NCBI GenBank assembly: GCA_002633005.1
Contig: NMRA01000478.1
Location: 159,014 to 223,013, forward strand
DNA: 64,000 nucleotides
DNA from: Phoronis australis
Taxonomy: Eukaryota > Animalia > Phoronida
Reading direction: 5' to 3'
Under the pieces are notes generated by a model. The model saw nothing but the letters and a program-made list of their open reading frames with translations, was not told where the DNA came from and searched no databases. Position numbers and translations under genes: made by a program. Below, one piece after another: positions 63,652-64,000 of this stretch (position 1 is its first letter; each line of letters opens with the position of its first letter).

Positions 63652-64000
63652 ATGACCAAGATGGCGACAAACGTCATCGCCTGCGCCCGGCTGACCTTGT
63701 GCTTGTTTACCATGCTGTACGTAATCCGCGGATGTTCTTCTAAGAATGATCAATGGATGTATTACGAAACTTCCAACTGTACTGTTACATCTGAGAAAAA
63801 CGAAACAATTCTCAACTGCAGCAACAGGGGTTTCTCCACTTTACCAAGGACATATCCTATAAATGTTACCGTCTTTTATATGCGATCAAACTTCATCTCT
63901 TCTGTCCCCGCAGGTGCCTTCACAAACATAAGACACTTGAAACATCTAGATCTTTCCTACAACCAAGCCTCACTGTCGTTCCACCAAGACAGCCTGCTGG
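63652..64000 (+). CDS. Secreted LRR protein, 3'-partial; probably a second Toll-like receptor (absent from the ORF track because no stop lies in the window)
   Basis: MTKMATNVIACARLTLCLFTMLYVIRGCSS (signal peptide), LRRNT C..ILNCSNRGFSTLP..P.NVT, LRRs VFYMRSNFISSVPAGAF and LKHLDLSYNQ. Open to the window end; preceded by ccttttcAG. Confidence 0.88.
   Translation, partial: MTKMATNVIACARLTLCLFTMLYVIRGCSSKNDQWMYYETSNCTVTSEKNETILNCSNRGFSTLPRTYPINVTVFYMRSNFISSVPAGAFTNIRHLKHLDLSYNQASLSFHQDSLL

Noticed and set aside
1938-63743. Most 60-175-aa ORFs in the supplied track
   Set aside because: No recognisable domains; many use alternative starts not meaningful in a eukaryote, or lie within or antisense to repeats.

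Overview
Eukaryotic, AT-rich animal DNA; an invertebrate, probably a marine lophotrochozoan or deuterostome (inferred from the TLR architecture and transposon repertoire). No prokaryotic operons, CRISPR arrays or rRNA were seen. Only two host genes are supportable, both on + and both cut by the window edges: the 3' half of a Toll-like receptor (LRRs-LRRCT-TM-TIR, <1..1172) and the 5' end of a second secreted LRR protein, probably another TLR (63652..>64000). The ~62 kb between them is largely nested transposon debris: Kolobok (TTAA), P, hAT (5-bp and 8-bp TSDs), Harbinger-type MITEs, a Chapaev-like element, Sola3, AcademH, mariner and RTE-X. The most striking object is a well-preserved 1.7-kb mini-Kolobok (44311..46004). 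It has ~158-bp TIRs, each carrying an inward-facing ETS-CRE motif, and two convergent overlapping open ORFs: a THAP-transposase N-terminus and a KolX/P2X7-ballast-like N-terminus. A second, unrelated Kolobok family (3 copies) shows the same minimal architecture. An unclassified multi-kb element carrying an unknown ORF occurs twice in inverted orientation; each copy supplies or brackets the empty site for insertions in the other. All family assignments come from motif recall and manual alignment, not database searches.
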